DNA of 64,000 nt from an uncultured candidate division Zixibacteria bacterium (GCA_963668625.2 CAXXKA010000005.1:128001-192000); one strand, 5' to 3'; counted from the first letter of the stretch, positions 1 to 11,051 are shown. A program made the numbers and translations. Notes: generated by a model not told the origin, from the sequence alone.

Positions 1-6
1 GCGATC

Positions 7-22
7 TGGCACGGCCATTGCT
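7..22 (+). promoter_or_regulatory. sigma54 (-24/-12) promoter of the heat-shock cluster
   Basis: TGGCACGGCCATTGCT matches consensus TGGCACG-N4-TTGCW exactly, about 60 nt upstream of the first hsp20 start. Confidence 0.8.
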
Positions 23-82
23 TTATAAAGGTGCAGTTAGCATGAAAATAATAAGGAAATGAACTTTAAGGAGGAAATAAAG

Positions 83-412
83 ATGTCAGCTAAATGTAAT
101 AGGTGCTTACCGGCTACTGAAATAAAAGAGGACGAAAACTCGTACAAGATCATGATTGAGCTTCCGGGCTCAACCCGTGATGAGGTGAAAATCTGGCAGG
201 AGAAGAATACTCTCACTATCAGTGGCGAGAAAAAAGCCCCGGAGGGCAATCGTATCTGGAACGAAAGAGTGTACGGTAAACTCGAGCGCTCGTTCCGCAT
301 TCCGGGCGATGCCAACAGGGAGAAGATCGAGGCCAATTACGCTGAGGGCGTAGTCACGGTAAATATCCCGAAACTCGAGGCAGCCAAACCGAGAAACATT
401 GAGGTTAATTAA
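83..412 (+). CDS. Hsp20/alpha-crystallin small heat-shock protein
   Basis: ELPG, ERVYGKLERSFRIP and YAEGVVTVNIPK motifs; ATG at 83 follows the AAGGAGG SD (ORF track opens at 59). Confidence 0.9.
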   Translation: MSAKCNRCLPATEIKEDENSYKIMIELPGSTRDEVKIWQEKNTLTISGEKKAPEGNRIWNERVYGKLERSFRIPGDANREKIEANYAEGVVTVNIPKLEAAKPRNIEVN

Positions 413-430
413 AATAAGGAGGTATGCACG

Positions 431-871
431 ATGTTAAATTTAATCAAAAGAAATCCGAGGTACGCCATGGGCATGATAAATCCAGGTGATTTGGTCAACA
501 GCTTGTTCCGCGATATGTATGGTGATGTCGAGACCGAATCGAGAACCAGATGGTTACCGTCAGTGGACATCATTGACAATACGGACGCGTTCTTATTGAC
601 CGCGGAGTTGCCCGGTGTAAGCAAAGAGGATGTGAAAATCAACCTGAACAATAACATCCTGACAATCGAGGGTGAAAAGAAAGGCCATACCGAGGTCAAG
701 AATGATGACGCTTACCGTAACGAGAGATACTACGGCAAGTTCACCAGGAGTTTCACATTAAGCTCGGAAATCGAAGCTGAGGAAATCAAAGCCGATTTCA
801 AGGATGGCATACTGACCGTCAATATGCCGAAGTCAGAAAAAGTTAAACCCCGTCAAATCTCGATTAACTAA
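431..871 (+). CDS. Hsp20/alpha-crystallin small heat-shock protein
   Basis: WLPSVDI, AELPGV, ERYYGKFTRSF, FKDGILTV motifs; SD AAGGAGG. Confidence 0.95.
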   Translation: MLNLIKRNPRYAMGMINPGDLVNSLFRDMYGDVETESRTRWLPSVDIIDNTDAFLLTAELPGVSKEDVKINLNNNILTIEGEKKGHTEVKNDDAYRNERYYGKFTRSFTLSSEIEAEEIKADFKDGILTVNMPKSEKVKPRQISIN

Positions 872-942
872 GTTGAACCATCGGCGGCTCCGGCAGTATA
901 AACCGGGGCCGTCAAATTCGGTCTCTGGAAAAAGTCAGGTGA

Positions 943-1010
943 GGTGGCAGGAATCCTTTCCTGCCACCGGGATACCAGCAGAATGTCGTCAGGAAATGAT
1001 TCCTGACGAC
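943..1010. repeat. REP-like palindrome doublet, copy A
   Basis: GGTGGCAGGAATCCTTTCCTGCCACC, 16-nt spacer, GTCGTCAGGAAATGATTCCTGACGAC; related copies at 3475 and 62097-62163. Confidence 0.75.
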
Positions 1011-1026
1011 GCGCGCTAAAGCGCCA

Positions 1027-1059
1027 GTCATTGCGAGGAACGAAATGACGAAGCAATCT
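1027..1059 (+). repeat. GTCATTGCGAG-type short palindromic repeat
   Basis: GTCATTGCGAGGAACGAAATGACGAAGCAATCT resembles the widespread GTCATTGCGAGGAGCGAAGCGACGAAGCAATC intergenic repeat. Confidence 0.7.
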
Positions 1060-1138
1060 GTCGAAAGCCAGCAGCGCACAAACAAGCGACCGAATTTGGC
1101 GAAAAGCCGTAAGAATTAACTTAGCGAATGGAGTAAAA

Positions 1139-1282
1139 ATGATCAGCAACCCGGTAATGCAAATACTCCTGACAGTCGCGGTCGTGGCGGTTGTCATTGG
1201 TTTATTGAGGGCGAAAAAGCCCGCCACGGCAAAGGTAGTAATAAACGATGAAGAAGAGTCTATCGATATAAGGAGGAAATAA
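1139..1282 (+). CDS. 47-aa putative single-TM small protein (not in ORF track)
   Basis: GGAG SD; [47 protein letters not shown]; stop ends 2 nt before the dnaK ATG. Confidence 0.6.
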   Translation: MISNPVMQILLTVAVVAVVIGLLRAKKPATAKVVINDEEESIDIRRK

Positions 1283-1284
1283 AA

Positions 1285-3240
1285 ATGTCAAAGATAATAG
1301 GAATTGACCTGGGTACCACCAACTCCTGTGTAGCAGTGATGGAGGGTGGCGATCCCGTGGTTATCGCGAATTCCGAGGGCAACCGAACAACGGCCTCGGT
1401 GGTGGCGATTACTAAAAGCGGCGAAAGGCTGGTTGGCCAACTGGCCAAGAGGCAAGCGGTGACCAATCCCAAGGATACCGTGTTCTCAGTGAAAAGGTTC
1501 ATGGGGAGACGTTATGATGAGGTAACCTCCGAGGTGCAGAATTTCCCGTACGAGGTAAAAAACGGCAACGGCGGCGGTGTCACTATCGCTATGAGCGGCA
1601 AGGATTACACTCCCCCGGAGGTCTCGGCGATGATCTTACAGAAGATGAAACAAACCGCCGAGGAGTATCTGGGCGAAAAGGTAACCCAGGCTGTAATTAC
1701 CGTACCGGCGTATTTCAACGACTCCCAGCGTAAAGCCACAAAGGATGCCGGTAAAATAGCCGGGCTGGAGGTGCTACGTATAATCAACGAGCCGACTGCC
1801 GCCTCATTAGCTTATGGACTGGATAAGAAAAACAACGAGAAGATTGCGGTGTACGACTTAGGTGGCGGCACATTCGATATCTCCATACTCGAACTGGGTG
1901 ATGGTGTATTCGAGGTACGTTCCACCAACGGCGATACTCATCTGGGTGGCGATGATTTCGATAAGCGTATCATCGATTATCTCGTGGATGAGTTCAGGAA
2001 ATCGGATGGTATCGATTTATCGAAAGACCCGATGGCGTTACAGCGATTGAAAGAGGCCGCCGAGAAAGCCAAGATCGAGCTTTCCAGCACCTCCGAGACC
2101 AATATCAACCTGCCGTTCGTAACCGCCGATTCCTCCGGGCCTAAACATCTGAATATAACCATGACTCGCTCGAAACTAGAACAACTCGTGGACGACCTGA
2201 TTCAGCGTACTATCGAGCCGGTAAAAAGCGCCCTTAGTGATGCCAAACTTTCGGCCTCGGATATTAATGAGATAATAATGGTCGGTGGTATGACCAGGAT
2301 GCCGAAAGTGAACGAGACAGTAAAGAGTTTCTTCGGAAAAGAACCGCATCGTGGCGTAAATCCCGATGAGGTCGTGGCAATCGGCGCGGCTATACAGGGC
2401 GGTGTACTGGCCGGGGATGTCAAAGACGTGCTGCTTCTGGATGTCACCCCGCTGTCGCTGGGTATCGAAACCCTGGGCGGAGTGTTCACCCGTCTGATAG
2501 AGCGCAACACCACTATCCCGACCAAGAAATCGGAGGTGTTTTCGACCGCCGCCGATAACCAGACCACGGTAGAAATTCATGTCCTTCAGGGCGAACGCGA
2601 GATGGCCGTGGATAATAAGACAATCGGCAGATTCCATCTCGATGGTATCCCACCGGCGCCGCGTGGCCTGCCACAAGTAGAGGTAACTTTCGATATCGAT
2701 GCCAACGGCATACTAAATGTCTCGGCTAAGGATAAAGCCACCGGCCGCGAGCAGTCGATCCGTATCGAGGCATCGAGCGGGCTGTCCGAATCCGAAATCG
2801 ATAAGATGGTCAAGGACGCTAAGGCGAACGAGTCGGAGGATAAAAATAAGCGCGAACGTATCGATGCTATCAACACCGGCGATTCGATGGCTTATCAGAC
2901 CGAGAAACAGCTCAAAGACCTGGGCGATAAGATTAACGCTGATGATAAAGCCAAAGTGCAGGCGGCTGTAGATAGATTGAAAGATGCCGTAAAGCGTGAA
3001 AACATCGAGGAGATAAAATCCTCCACTGATGCCTTGAATGCGATCTGGCATGAGGTGTCCGCCAAGATGTATCAAAGCCAGGGCGATCCAAATGCTCAAG
3101 CGGGACAACCCGGCAATGGCAATGGTAATGGAAACGGAGATGGTCACGGAGGACAGGCAGATAATCAGTCAAGCGATAGTAACTCGAATTCAAACGATGA
3201 CGCAGTCGATGCCGATTTCGAGGTGGTTAACGACAAGTAG
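1285..3240 (+). CDS. dnaK: Molecular chaperone DnaK (Hsp70)
   Basis: [25 protein letters not shown] motifs; C-terminal DADFEVV. Confidence 0.99.
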   Translation: MSKIIGIDLGTTNSCVAVMEGGDPVVIANSEGNRTTASVVAITKSGERLVGQLAKRQAVTNPKDTVFSVKRFMGRRYDEVTSEVQNFPYEVKNGNGGGVTIAMSGKDYTPPEVSAMILQKMKQTAEEYLGEKVTQAVITVPAYFNDSQRKATKDAGKIAGLEVLRIINEPTAASLAYGLDKKNNEKIAVYDLGGGTFDISILELGDGVFEVRSTNGDTHLGGDDFDKRIIDYLVDEFRKSDGIDLSKDPMALQRLKEAAEKAKIELSSTSETNINLPFVTADSSGPKHLNITMTRSKLEQLVDDLIQRTIEPVKSALSDAKLSASDINEIIMVGGMTRMPKVNETVKSFFGKEPHRGVNPDEVVAIGAAIQGGVLAGDVKDVLLLDVTPLSLGIETLGGVFTRLIERNTTIPTKKSEVFSTAADNQTTVEIHVLQGEREMAVDNKTIGRFHLDGIPPAPRGLPQVEVTFDIDANGILNVSAKDKATGREQSIRIEASSGLSESEIDKMVKDAKANESEDKNKRERIDAINTGDSMAYQTEKQLKDLGDKINADDKAKVQAAVDRLKDAVKRENIEEIKSSTDALNAIWHEVSAKMYQSQGDPNAQAGQPGNGNGNGNGDGHGGQADNQSSDSNSNSNDDAVDADFEVVNDK

Positions 3241-3278
3241 TAGCTGCTTTTTTATATAAATAAACGATGGCATAACAA

Positions 3279-3316
3279 GGCAGAAGGGGCGTATTGCAAC
3301 ATACGCCCTTTTTGCC
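3279..3316 (+). terminator. Hairpin after dnaK (terminator or REP-derived)
   Basis: GGCAGAAGGGGCGTAT-TGCAAC-ATACGCCCTTTTTGCC. Confidence 0.55.
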
Positions 3317-3474
3317 GCCTGAAAATAATGCATGCCAGTTATTACAAGCAGCAAAGCGACACGGTTATCTCCACAGGATCAGCAGTGCGGTTAAATGCAT
3401 AGCCCCTCGCTGCGAAGCGCTGTTTCGTAATGATGTTTGAAAGGACAATACCTGCATTTTCTGCCGATTACTGC

Positions 3475-3515
3475 GGTGGCAGGAATCCTTTCCTGACACC
3501 GGAATACGGGCAGAA
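3475..3515. repeat. REP-like palindrome, copy B
   Basis: GGTGGCAGGAATCCTTTCCTGACACCGGAATACGGGCAGAA, 4 mismatches in 41 nt versus 943-983. Confidence 0.75.
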
Positions 3516-3609
3516 AGTTGCAAAAAAGAATGGAGCCATTAATTTCTGCCGATAAAGTTTGACAGTTCCGGCATTCGTGAATAGATTTACCGAAAGACGT
3601 GAAATGCCA

Positions 3610-4197
3610 ATGAAAAACTACTACGAAATACTCGAACTAGCGGTCGATGCCGATCCCGGGATGATCAAATCGGCGTTTAAAAGGCTGGCCAAGCGATGCC
3701 ACCCGGATATCTCGGGGGATTGCGGGGATCAATTTAAAAAATTAAAACAGGCGTTCGACACCCTCTCCGATCCCGGCAAACGTCGCAGCTATGATAGCAG
3801 AATTGGCGTAAACAATCGGGCGAATCGCTCTTACGATGATGGTCGAATACGGGTACCGAAAGTTTCGAGGGATGTTTTTGATGATATTGTCGATGTTTTC
3901 TCGGACAGGTTTGGTTTATCCAGAAAGCAAGAATTGACTTTTGAATTATATCTATCGAATTATGAGTTCGAACACGGCACGAGCACTATGATAACAATTC
4001 CTCAGGAAAAAATATGCCCATCCTGTTTCGGATTCGGCGGAACTCTATTACAAAAATGCCTCGCCTGCGAGGGCTCTGGGCTGGTCTCTTACGGGGTCGA
4101 TTTCGACCTGGTGTTAGACCCACCGCTGGAACCGAATCAAGTTTATAAGATTAAAAGGGGTAATTACGATCTGAGGTTCGTATTGAGAAAGAGGTAA
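3610..4197 (+). CDS. J-domain protein with partial DnaJ zinc finger
   Basis: MKNYYEIL...CHPD J-domain; CPSCFGFG and CLACEGSG repeats; start taken at 3610 (ORF track opens at 3559). Confidence 0.85.
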   Translation: MKNYYEILELAVDADPGMIKSAFKRLAKRCHPDISGDCGDQFKKLKQAFDTLSDPGKRRSYDSRIGVNNRANRSYDDGRIRVPKVSRDVFDDIVDVFSDRFGLSRKQELTFELYLSNYEFEHGTSTMITIPQEKICPSCFGFGGTLLQKCLACEGSGLVSYGVDFDLVLDPPLEPNQVYKIKRGNYDLRFVLRKR

Positions 4198-4203
4198 CAA
4201 GAT

Positions 4204-5379
4204 ATGGCTGATTTTTACAATATATTAGGTGTCACAGAAAACGCCTCCAAAGATGAGATAAAAAAATCATATAGAAAACTGGCTAAGAAATATCATCCCG
4301 ACGCTAACCCAAACGATGGCCAGGCCGAGAAGAAATTCAAGGAGATATCCGAGGCCTATAATGTCCTGTCCGATCCGAAGAAAAAACAACAGTACGATAT
4401 GATGCGCAAATACGGCGCAGGCGCGGGAGCCGGCCAGGGTGGGTTCTCCGGTTTTGGCGGTGGCGCAGGCGGCGCACAGGGATTCTCGTTCGAGGATATA
4501 ATGTCCCAGTTTGCCGGGCAGGCAGGGGCAAAAAGAGGCGGTAGAAGGCAACAATCCGATGGTTTTGGCTCGTTTGCCGATATTTTCTCCTCGCTTTTCG
4601 GAGATCAATCAGCCGGTTTCAGCGGTTTTAATGGAAAACAGCAAACCTCAGCCGCTCCCCAAAAAGGACAGGATGCACTCTCTGATATCGAAATTCCATT
4701 CGAGGATTCGGTAAAAGGAGGCGAGCGCAAAGTAAGGATCAATGTAGAACAAAGCTGCGATCAATGCCACGGCTCAGGTATTACGCCGGGAAGTAAGACC
4801 ACGACTTGTCCGGAATGTAAAGGATCGGGGCGTGTAACATTTGCACAGGGAGGATTCTCTGTTGCTCGACCTTGCCCGCGATGTCTCGGAAAGGGGAGAT
4901 TAAGCGGAAATCCCTGTAAAAAATGCTCCGGTAGCGGCAAAACATTCGGTCCAAAGACAATCAAAATCAATATTCCAAAAGGGATCGAATCCGGCAAGAA
5001 AATCCGCTTGAAAGGATTAGGCAATCCCGGCAAACATGGAGGCCCGGCCGGTGATTTATTTTTACGCATTAATATAAAAGGACATAGCTATTTTTGGCGT
5101 GAGGGTAAAGATATATACTGCAAAGTGCCGATAAACCTAAAACAAGCCATTCTTGGCGGTAAAATCGAGGTTACGACATTGTCGGGCAAAAAAGTCGAAC
5201 TGAAAATCCCAGCGGGAACCTCACCCGGCCAAAGATTTCGATTAAAAGGAATGGGACTGGCTTTAAATGGCAGTAGCGGCAATCAGTATGTTGAGATAAC
5301 GGTTGAGATACCGAAAAAACTGAATAGTGAGCAGAAAGAGCTATTCGAAAAATTTGCCGATAAGGCCGGCATGCACTAA
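4204..5379 (+). CDS. dnaJ: Chaperone DnaJ
   Basis: YHPD, G/F-rich region, four CxxCxGxG repeats, C-terminal domain. Confidence 0.97.
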   Translation: MADFYNILGVTENASKDEIKKSYRKLAKKYHPDANPNDGQAEKKFKEISEAYNVLSDPKKKQQYDMMRKYGAGAGAGQGGFSGFGGGAGGAQGFSFEDIMSQFAGQAGAKRGGRRQQSDGFGSFADIFSSLFGDQSAGFSGFNGKQQTSAAPQKGQDALSDIEIPFEDSVKGGERKVRINVEQSCDQCHGSGITPGSKTTTCPECKGSGRVTFAQGGFSVARPCPRCLGKGRLSGNPCKKCSGSGKTFGPKTIKINIPKGIESGKKIRLKGLGNPGKHGGPAGDLFLRINIKGHSYFWREGKDIYCKVPINLKQAILGGKIEVTTLSGKKVELKIPAGTSPGQRFRLKGMGLALNGSSGNQYVEITVEIPKKLNSEQKELFEKFADKAGMH

Positions 5380-5391
5380 AGGATATACCAG

Positions 5392-5838
5392 ATGGGAAAG
5401 CAGTTTTTAGTTAAAAAACTGGTGGAAAGCCAGGAGATTCAAGAATCTTATGATGCCAAAAACTACTACGAAGCAGTGATGAAATGCCGGGCCTATCTTG
5501 AGGGCTGGCTTTTGGAGTATATCTATGCTATACTTTATCCCACGGATGCTCTTGGCACCAAGGAAAACCGCGCCCTGGTAGAAAGCCGTTTCGATGGAAT
5601 GTATATGATGATGAACTGGCTTTTAAAACAGGGACATATCACTCAGAACGAGCAAGAGAATCTGAATAAAGTCAGGCAGTTCTGCGAAAAAGTAATACAT
5701 AAAGGCGATGTGCATAAAGTGGCCAGTATGGATGTTTTAGATAAATACATTGAGGTAACCGTTCATTATTGCCAGAAATACAAATTGCTGACCCATAGCT
5801 TAATCGAGAAAGCTACCGGTCAAAAAATCAAGCTTTAA
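5392..5838 (+). CDS. Hypothetical helical protein, possibly degenerate HEPN-like
   Basis: Tightly coupled to dnaJ; AVMKCRAYLEGWL...LNKVRQFCEKVIHKG. Confidence 0.7.
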   Translation: MGKQFLVKKLVESQEIQESYDAKNYYEAVMKCRAYLEGWLLEYIYAILYPTDALGTKENRALVESRFDGMYMMMNWLLKQGHITQNEQENLNKVRQFCEKVIHKGDVHKVASMDVLDKYIEVTVHYCQKYKLLTHSLIEKATGQKIKL

Positions 5839-6014
5839 TAATGCTAAGAATATGTAGTTTGGGTTTGTTGAATAGGTCGTTTTTAGCGGCTGAGGGAACA
5901 CGGCAATCTGTATGATGATGTTGTGTATGCTGACAGATACCATAGCTGTTCCTTTAATCTCATAATCACTGTTTCTAATTATCTCAACAGCCCGGTATCA
6001 AGGAGTATTAGTAC

Positions 6015-8642
6015 ATGAAGTATGAAAAATTCACACAAAATTCAAGAGAGGCTCTCGAATACGCCACCCAGTTGGCACAATCGAGCTCCCATTCGCAAAT
6101 AGAGAGCGTTCATCTGTTAAAAGCATTGCTTACCCAGCGTGATGAGGGTATCACAGATGATTTGCTTAAAGAGGCCGGTATCGATATCCGGCTTTTAGAT
6201 AATACACTGGATAAAGCTTTAGAGAAATTGCCTCGTTTAAGCGGCCAGGCTAAGATATATATATCGAATGATTTACATCAGGCTTTAAACTCCTCGTTCA
6301 AATACGCCGAGCAGTTCAAGGATGAGTATGTCTCAACCGAACATATTCTCCTTGGCCTACTTCAAAATAAAGCCGATCAGACAGCTAAAATACTTTCCGA
6401 GGCCGGATTAAGCGAGGATAAGCTGTTAAAGGCGATGTCCAAAGTGCGAGGCAATCAGCGAGTTACGGATGATAATCCGGAATCAAAATATAAAGTTCTG
6501 GAACGCTATTCGCGCGACCTGACGGCTCTGGCCAAACAGGGCAAGCTCGATCCGGTAATCGGCAGGGATGAGGAGATACGGCGCGTGTTAAAAATACTCT
6601 CGCGTCGCACCAAGAATAATCCGGTGCTGGTCGGTGAGCCTGGCGTCGGGAAAACAGCAATAATCGAGGGATTGGCGCTGAAAATCGCTCAAGGCGAGGT
6701 GCCGCAGTCGATTCTCGATAAAAAGATTATTAGCCTGGATCTGGGTTCTCTTATAGCCGGCTCGAAATTCCGGGGCGAGTTCGAGGAGAGGCTTAAAGCT
6801 ATACTTAAAGAGGTGGAGAACTCCAAGGGTGAGCTGATATTGTTTATAGATGAGCTTCACACAATAGTAGGCGCGGGCGCAGTTTCGGGGGCTATGGATG
6901 CCTCGAATATGCTTAAACCTGCGTTGGCTCGCGGTGAGCTTAAATGTGTAGGAGCTACTACTCTTGATGAGTATCGAAAACATATCGAAAAAGACGCCGC
7001 TTTAGAAAGACGTTTCGCACCGGTAGTGATAGAGCAACCCTCTGTCGAGGATACGATTTCGATACTGCGTGGGCTGAAAAGCCGCTATGAGATTCATCAC
7101 GGTATAAAAATCTCAGATGCCGCTATCATGGCCGCCGCCAAGCTCTCCGATCGTTATATATCCGATAGATTCCTGCCGGATAAAGCTATCGACTTGATGG
7201 ATGAGGCCGCCGCCGAAGCGCGTTTGGAGATCGATTCCATGCCGGCCGAGCTGGATACTATCGAAAAACGGATCAAGCAGCTCGAGGTAGAGAAAGAGGG
7301 AATAAAAAGCGAGCCGGATTACGAGGAACGCTTAAATCCGATACAGTCGGAGTTGGATGATCTCTATAAAGAAAAGGATGAGCTGAGCGGCCAGTGGCGT
7401 AACGAAAAAGAAATCATTGAGAAAATAAAAGCCTTGAAAGAACGTCAGGATAAGCTGGGGCAGGAAGTAGAGCAGGCCATCCGCGAAGCTAACTACGAAC
7501 GAGCAGCCAAACTCCGCTACGGCGAAACAGGCGAAATCGCAGCCGAACTGGAGCGATTGAACGCCGAGTTGGCCGAGATACAGAGCCAGGGCAGCATGAT
7601 ATCCGAGGAGATAAAAGCCGCTGATATAGCCGAGATAGTCTCCAAATGGACTGGCATCCCCGTGTCCGATCTTACCGAGGCTGAAGCCGAAAAGCTGATA
7701 CATCTCGAGGATAAACTTCACGAGCGGGTTATTGGCCAGGATGAGGCGGTTGAGGCTGTAGCAAACGTAGTCAGATCCTGCAGAGCAGGTCTTTCCGATC
7801 CTGATCGACCATCAGGCTCGTTTATATTTTTGGGGCCTACCGGCGTTGGTAAAACCGAGTTAGCCAGAACCCTGGCTGAATCCCTGTTTGGCTCGGAAAG
7901 CGCCATTATTCGTATCGATATGTCGGAATACATGGAGAAATTCTCGGTTTCACGTTTGATTGGCGCGCCTCCGGGATATGTCGGTTATGATGAGGGCGGG
8001 CAGCTCACCGAGGCGGTACGCCGCCACCCGTACAGTGTGGTACTCCTGGATGAGATAGAGAAAGCTCATCCCGAGGTACATAACCTTCTGTTGCAGCTTT
8101 TAGATGATGGAAGATTGACCGACAATCAGGGGCGAATAGTCAGTTTCAAGAACGTTATAGTGATTATGACCTCCAATATAGGCGCCGAGTATATCATGGA
8201 GCAATCCTCGCGTATTGATGATTCCAATCGCGAACGTTTGCTTGAGGAGATAAAAGAGGAAGTAGTATACAAATTAAAACAAACACTCAGGCCGGAGTTT
8301 CTTAATCGAATCGATGATATAGTAGTGTTCTCCTCACTGGCTAAAACCGAGATCAAGCAAATAGCCCGACTAGAGTTGGATAAACTCTCCAATCGCCTGT
8401 TAGATAGAGATATAAGTATCGAGTATGATGACTCGGTTATTGAGCTTATAGCCGATATCGGGTACGAACCACAATTCGGCGCCAGGCCGTTAAAACGAGC
8501 TATTAAAAAGCTGGTAGCCCAACCTCTAGCGGAGCATCTGCTAAAAAATACCTTCAAGCCTAATGATAAAATCAGGGTAGAGTTAGTAGGCGGTGATATT
8601 AAATTCAGAAAATCTGGATCAAAAGAGGTTGAAAAAGTATAA
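6015..8642 (+). CDS. clpB: Disaggregase ClpB
   Basis: Clp N-domain, Walker A motifs GEPGVGKT and GPTGVGKT, long middle coiled coil. Confidence 0.97.
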   Translation: MKYEKFTQNSREALEYATQLAQSSSHSQIESVHLLKALLTQRDEGITDDLLKEAGIDIRLLDNTLDKALEKLPRLSGQAKIYISNDLHQALNSSFKYAEQFKDEYVSTEHILLGLLQNKADQTAKILSEAGLSEDKLLKAMSKVRGNQRVTDDNPESKYKVLERYSRDLTALAKQGKLDPVIGRDEEIRRVLKILSRRTKNNPVLVGEPGVGKTAIIEGLALKIAQGEVPQSILDKKIISLDLGSLIAGSKFRGEFEERLKAILKEVENSKGELILFIDELHTIVGAGAVSGAMDASNMLKPALARGELKCVGATTLDEYRKHIEKDAALERRFAPVVIEQPSVEDTISILRGLKSRYEIHHGIKISDAAIMAAAKLSDRYISDRFLPDKAIDLMDEAAAEARLEIDSMPAELDTIEKRIKQLEVEKEGIKSEPDYEERLNPIQSELDDLYKEKDELSGQWRNEKEIIEKIKALKERQDKLGQEVEQAIREANYERAAKLRYGETGEIAAELERLNAELAEIQSQGSMISEEIKAADIAEIVSKWTGIPVSDLTEAEAEKLIHLEDKLHERVIGQDEAVEAVANVVRSCRAGLSDPDRPSGSFIFLGPTGVGKTELARTLAESLFGSESAIIRIDMSEYMEKFSVSRLIGAPPGYVGYDEGGQLTEAVRRHPYSVVLLDEIEKAHPEVHNLLLQLLDDGRLTDNQGRIVSFKNVIVIMTSNIGAEYIMEQSSRIDDSNRERLLEEIKEEVVYKLKQTLRPEFLNRIDDIVVFSSLAKTEIKQIARLELDKLSNRLLDRDISIEYDDSVIELIADIGYEPQFGARPLKRAIKKLVAQPLAEHLLKNTFKPNDKIRVELVGGDIKFRKSGSKEVEKV

Positions 8643-8698
8643 ATATATATTATATTGAAATTGCAAAATCTCTAATCATTGATTAAACGGAGTAAGTA

Positions 8699-9136
8699 AT
8701 GAAATCGATTAATGGCATAACTATACTTATTCTCGCGGCTGCGGGCGTCATCGGATGCTCCTCTGAACCGCAAAGTCAACAGACGCAGCAAACAGAGCAG
8801 ACTCAATCCCAGGTTCAACCTCAGACTGAGAAAGCACTTTTCGATCTGGCGACAAAAGCTGAAATCGCCAATAGGTTCGAGGATGCTATCGGCTACTACG
8901 ATCAGATCATAGCCGAATACCCGGATTCACCAGGACTGGATAAAGCCCTGTTCATGGCCGGCTATATTAAATATGAATATAAAAAGGAGCCGAAACAGGC
9001 TCTGGAGAATTTCAATAAGGTTATAGAGGAGTACCCGAATTCCGACCTGGTTGATGATGCCGAGTTCATGATTAAAGCTATCAACTCCGGCAAGGATGCC
9101 CTAACAACATTCGAGGAAACCAGTTCCGGGAATTAA
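8699..9136 (+). CDS. TPR lipoprotein (BamD/CpoB-like repeats)
   Basis: Lipobox-like VIGC, Q-rich linker, two IIxEYPxS TPR units. Confidence 0.75.
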   Translation: MKSINGITILILAAAGVIGCSSEPQSQQTQQTEQTQSQVQPQTEKALFDLATKAEIANRFEDAIGYYDQIIAEYPDSPGLDKALFMAGYIKYEYKKEPKQALENFNKVIEEYPNSDLVDDAEFMIKAINSGKDALTTFEETSSGN

Positions 9137-9289
9137 TCATTTTAGAATAGCAGTGTTTGTGTTGTAACGGGGGGTTCACTTTCATCCATTATTATTACAA
9201 ATAACTTGCTTTTCTGTTGACATTAGACTGAACCGCTATTAAAATTTCGGTTTATCAATTTCAGCCCGAACAAAATCTCCGGAGGGGTT

Positions 9290-9727
9290 TTGCGAATCGT
9301 TCTTCAAAGGGTGAAAAAGGCATCAGTTGCCGTTAATAATGAAATCATCGGTAAAATAGATCGAGGATTTCTTGTTCTTCTGGGCGCGGCTAAAGGCGAT
9401 ACCGGGGAAAGAGTACAATATTGGGCTGATAAATGCTCCGGTATGAGAGTGTTCGAGGATGATGCGGGCAAGATGAATTTAGCGATCGGTGACATTGGCG
9501 GCGAGATGCTTATTGTTTCGCAATTCACGTTATGCGGCGACATCGCTAAGGGAAGGCGGCCGTCATTCGATAAGGCCATGCCTCCCGAGCAAGCGGAGAA
9601 ACTCTATGATAGTTTCTGCGATAAAATTAAAGCTAAAGGAATCGAAGTACAGACCGGTCGTTTCGGCGCCAGGATGGATGTTGAACTTATAAACGATGGA
9701 CCTGTAACATTGATATTGGAAGATTGA
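9290..9727 (+). CDS. dtd: D-aminoacyl-tRNA deacylase
   Basis: VLQRV, SQFTL, NDGPVT motifs. Confidence 0.97.
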   Translation: MRIVLQRVKKASVAVNNEIIGKIDRGFLVLLGAAKGDTGERVQYWADKCSGMRVFEDDAGKMNLAIGDIGGEMLIVSQFTLCGDIAKGRRPSFDKAMPPEQAEKLYDSFCDKIKAKGIEVQTGRFGARMDVELINDGPVTLILED

Positions 9728-10296
9728 AAATAGTATTAGCATCAAGTTCACCCAGGCGATTAAGCCTGTTATCCGAGGCAGGTTTCGAGTTCGATGTACA
9801 GTATCCTGATGTTAACGAGGATAGACTGGCCAACGAGTTGCCCGATAAATATGTCTGTCGCTTGGCCGAATCCAAGGCCAGGGCAGTCTCGAACGGTAAC
9901 TCGCTGACTATCGGCGCCGATACGGTGGTGGTGTTAGGCGGCGAGTTCTTGACGAAACCGGGCTCGGAGGATGAGGCTAAAACTATTCTGGAGAAACTCT
10001 CGGGTAAACCTCACATGGTTTATACCGGAGTGAGCGTTGTTTGCAGTGGATGCGGACGGGTACATACCGATTATGATAGTACGAAGGTGCAATTTAATGT
10101 CTTGACTGAACAGGATATTTTACAGTACATAAAAACCGGTGAGCCGATGGATAAGGCCGGAGCTTATGGTATTCAGGGCATGGGATCGTTTTTAGTCAGA
10201 CAATATGATGGTGAATTGGATACTGTTATAGGGCTGCCGAGAAAATTGTTACGAAAGCTTCTGGAGGAACATAGAAAGTGTCTCAACAAAGCTTAG
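9724..10296 (+). CDS. maf: Maf nucleotide pyrophosphatase (YhdE type)
   Basis: LASSSPRR, GADTVV, DKAGAYGIQG motifs. Confidence 0.96.
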   Translation: MKIVLASSSPRRLSLLSEAGFEFDVQYPDVNEDRLANELPDKYVCRLAESKARAVSNGNSLTIGADTVVVLGGEFLTKPGSEDEAKTILEKLSGKPHMVYTGVSVVCSGCGRVHTDYDSTKVQFNVLTEQDILQYIKTGEPMDKAGAYGIQGMGSFLVRQYDGELDTVIGLPRKLLRKLLEEHRKCLNKA

Positions 10297-11051
10297 GCGA
10301 AAAGTTAAAAGAATTACGCGAGAGTAAAGGTATGACCAGAGATCAGTTATACTCTCAAACTAAAATTCTGGTCAGATATATCGAGGCTTTGGAGGATGGC
10401 AGATGGGATCTGCTGCCCGGTAAAGCCTATTTGAAGCCATTCGTTAAAAATATCGCAGGCGCGTTGGGCGCCGATTACAAACAGTATTATGAGCTCATTG
10501 AATCTCAAACGGAAGCGGAATCAGAACCTAAACAGGATAAATCCGCGAAGAAGGGATTCGATTATCGCTGGCTGGTGGTGGTGGTGATGATTTGCCTGGT
10601 CGCGGTAATCATTTACGTTTTCAATCCAATGGCAAGCGATAAAGGAGTCCAGACAGCGGAAGATATTCCGATACCGGTAGTCGAACCTGGCAACAATAAC
10701 CACGCGATATTCGAAAAAGAATACTCGAGCGAGCTCGACATGGACGGTAAAATGTTCGAGGGTAAAACCCTTCACCGGGTAGAACTGACGGCCACAGACA
10801 GTGTCTGGGTGCTTCTTACCTCAGAAAGCGATACGTTGTACTCGGGTTTGCTTACCTCGGGAAGACGCCTGGTAAGGGAATCATTGGAACCGTTCGTGCT
10901 CTTGATGGGTAAAGCGAATTGCCTGGATGTCAAATACAACGGGATAAAATTAGACAGAGCCGGTTTCCTTCAAAACCGTAGACGAATTAATTTCGACAGG
11001 ATTAGCCTCGATCAGAAGCAACCGACCGGAGGACAGGGTGAAAATCTATAA
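10278..11051 (+). CDS. rodZ: RodZ-like cell shape protein
   Basis: N-terminal HTH (LGEKLKELRE...YIEALEDG), one TM segment, DUF4115-like C-terminus. Confidence 0.8.
   Translation: MSQQSLGEKLKELRESKGMTRDQLYSQTKILVRYIEALEDGRWDLLPGKAYLKPFVKNIAGALGADYKQYYELIESQTEAESEPKQDKSAKKGFDYRWLVVVVMICLVAVIIYVFNPMASDKGVQTAEDIPIPVVEPGNNNHAIFEKEYSSELDMDGKMFEGKTLHRVELTATDSVWVLLTSESDTLYSGLLTSGRRLVRESLEPFVLLMGKANCLDVKYNGIKLDRAGFLQNRRRINFDRISLDQKQPTGGQGENL

Noticed and set aside
943-1059. CRISPR array
   Set aside because: The palindromes differ from one another, do not form a regular repeat-spacer series, and no cas genes are present
868-1227. 119-aa minus-strand ORF and other antisense ORFs over dnaK, rpsA, accC and similar genes
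   Set aside because: Shadow ORFs over repeats or conserved genes, with no motifs or SD
3114-3200. GN/SN low-complexity run in the DnaK tail
   Set aside because: Disordered Gly-rich C-terminal tails are normal for DnaK
5893-5955. Imperfect hairpin before clpB as an RNA thermometer
   Set aside because: It does not cover the SD or start codon, and the pairing is weak
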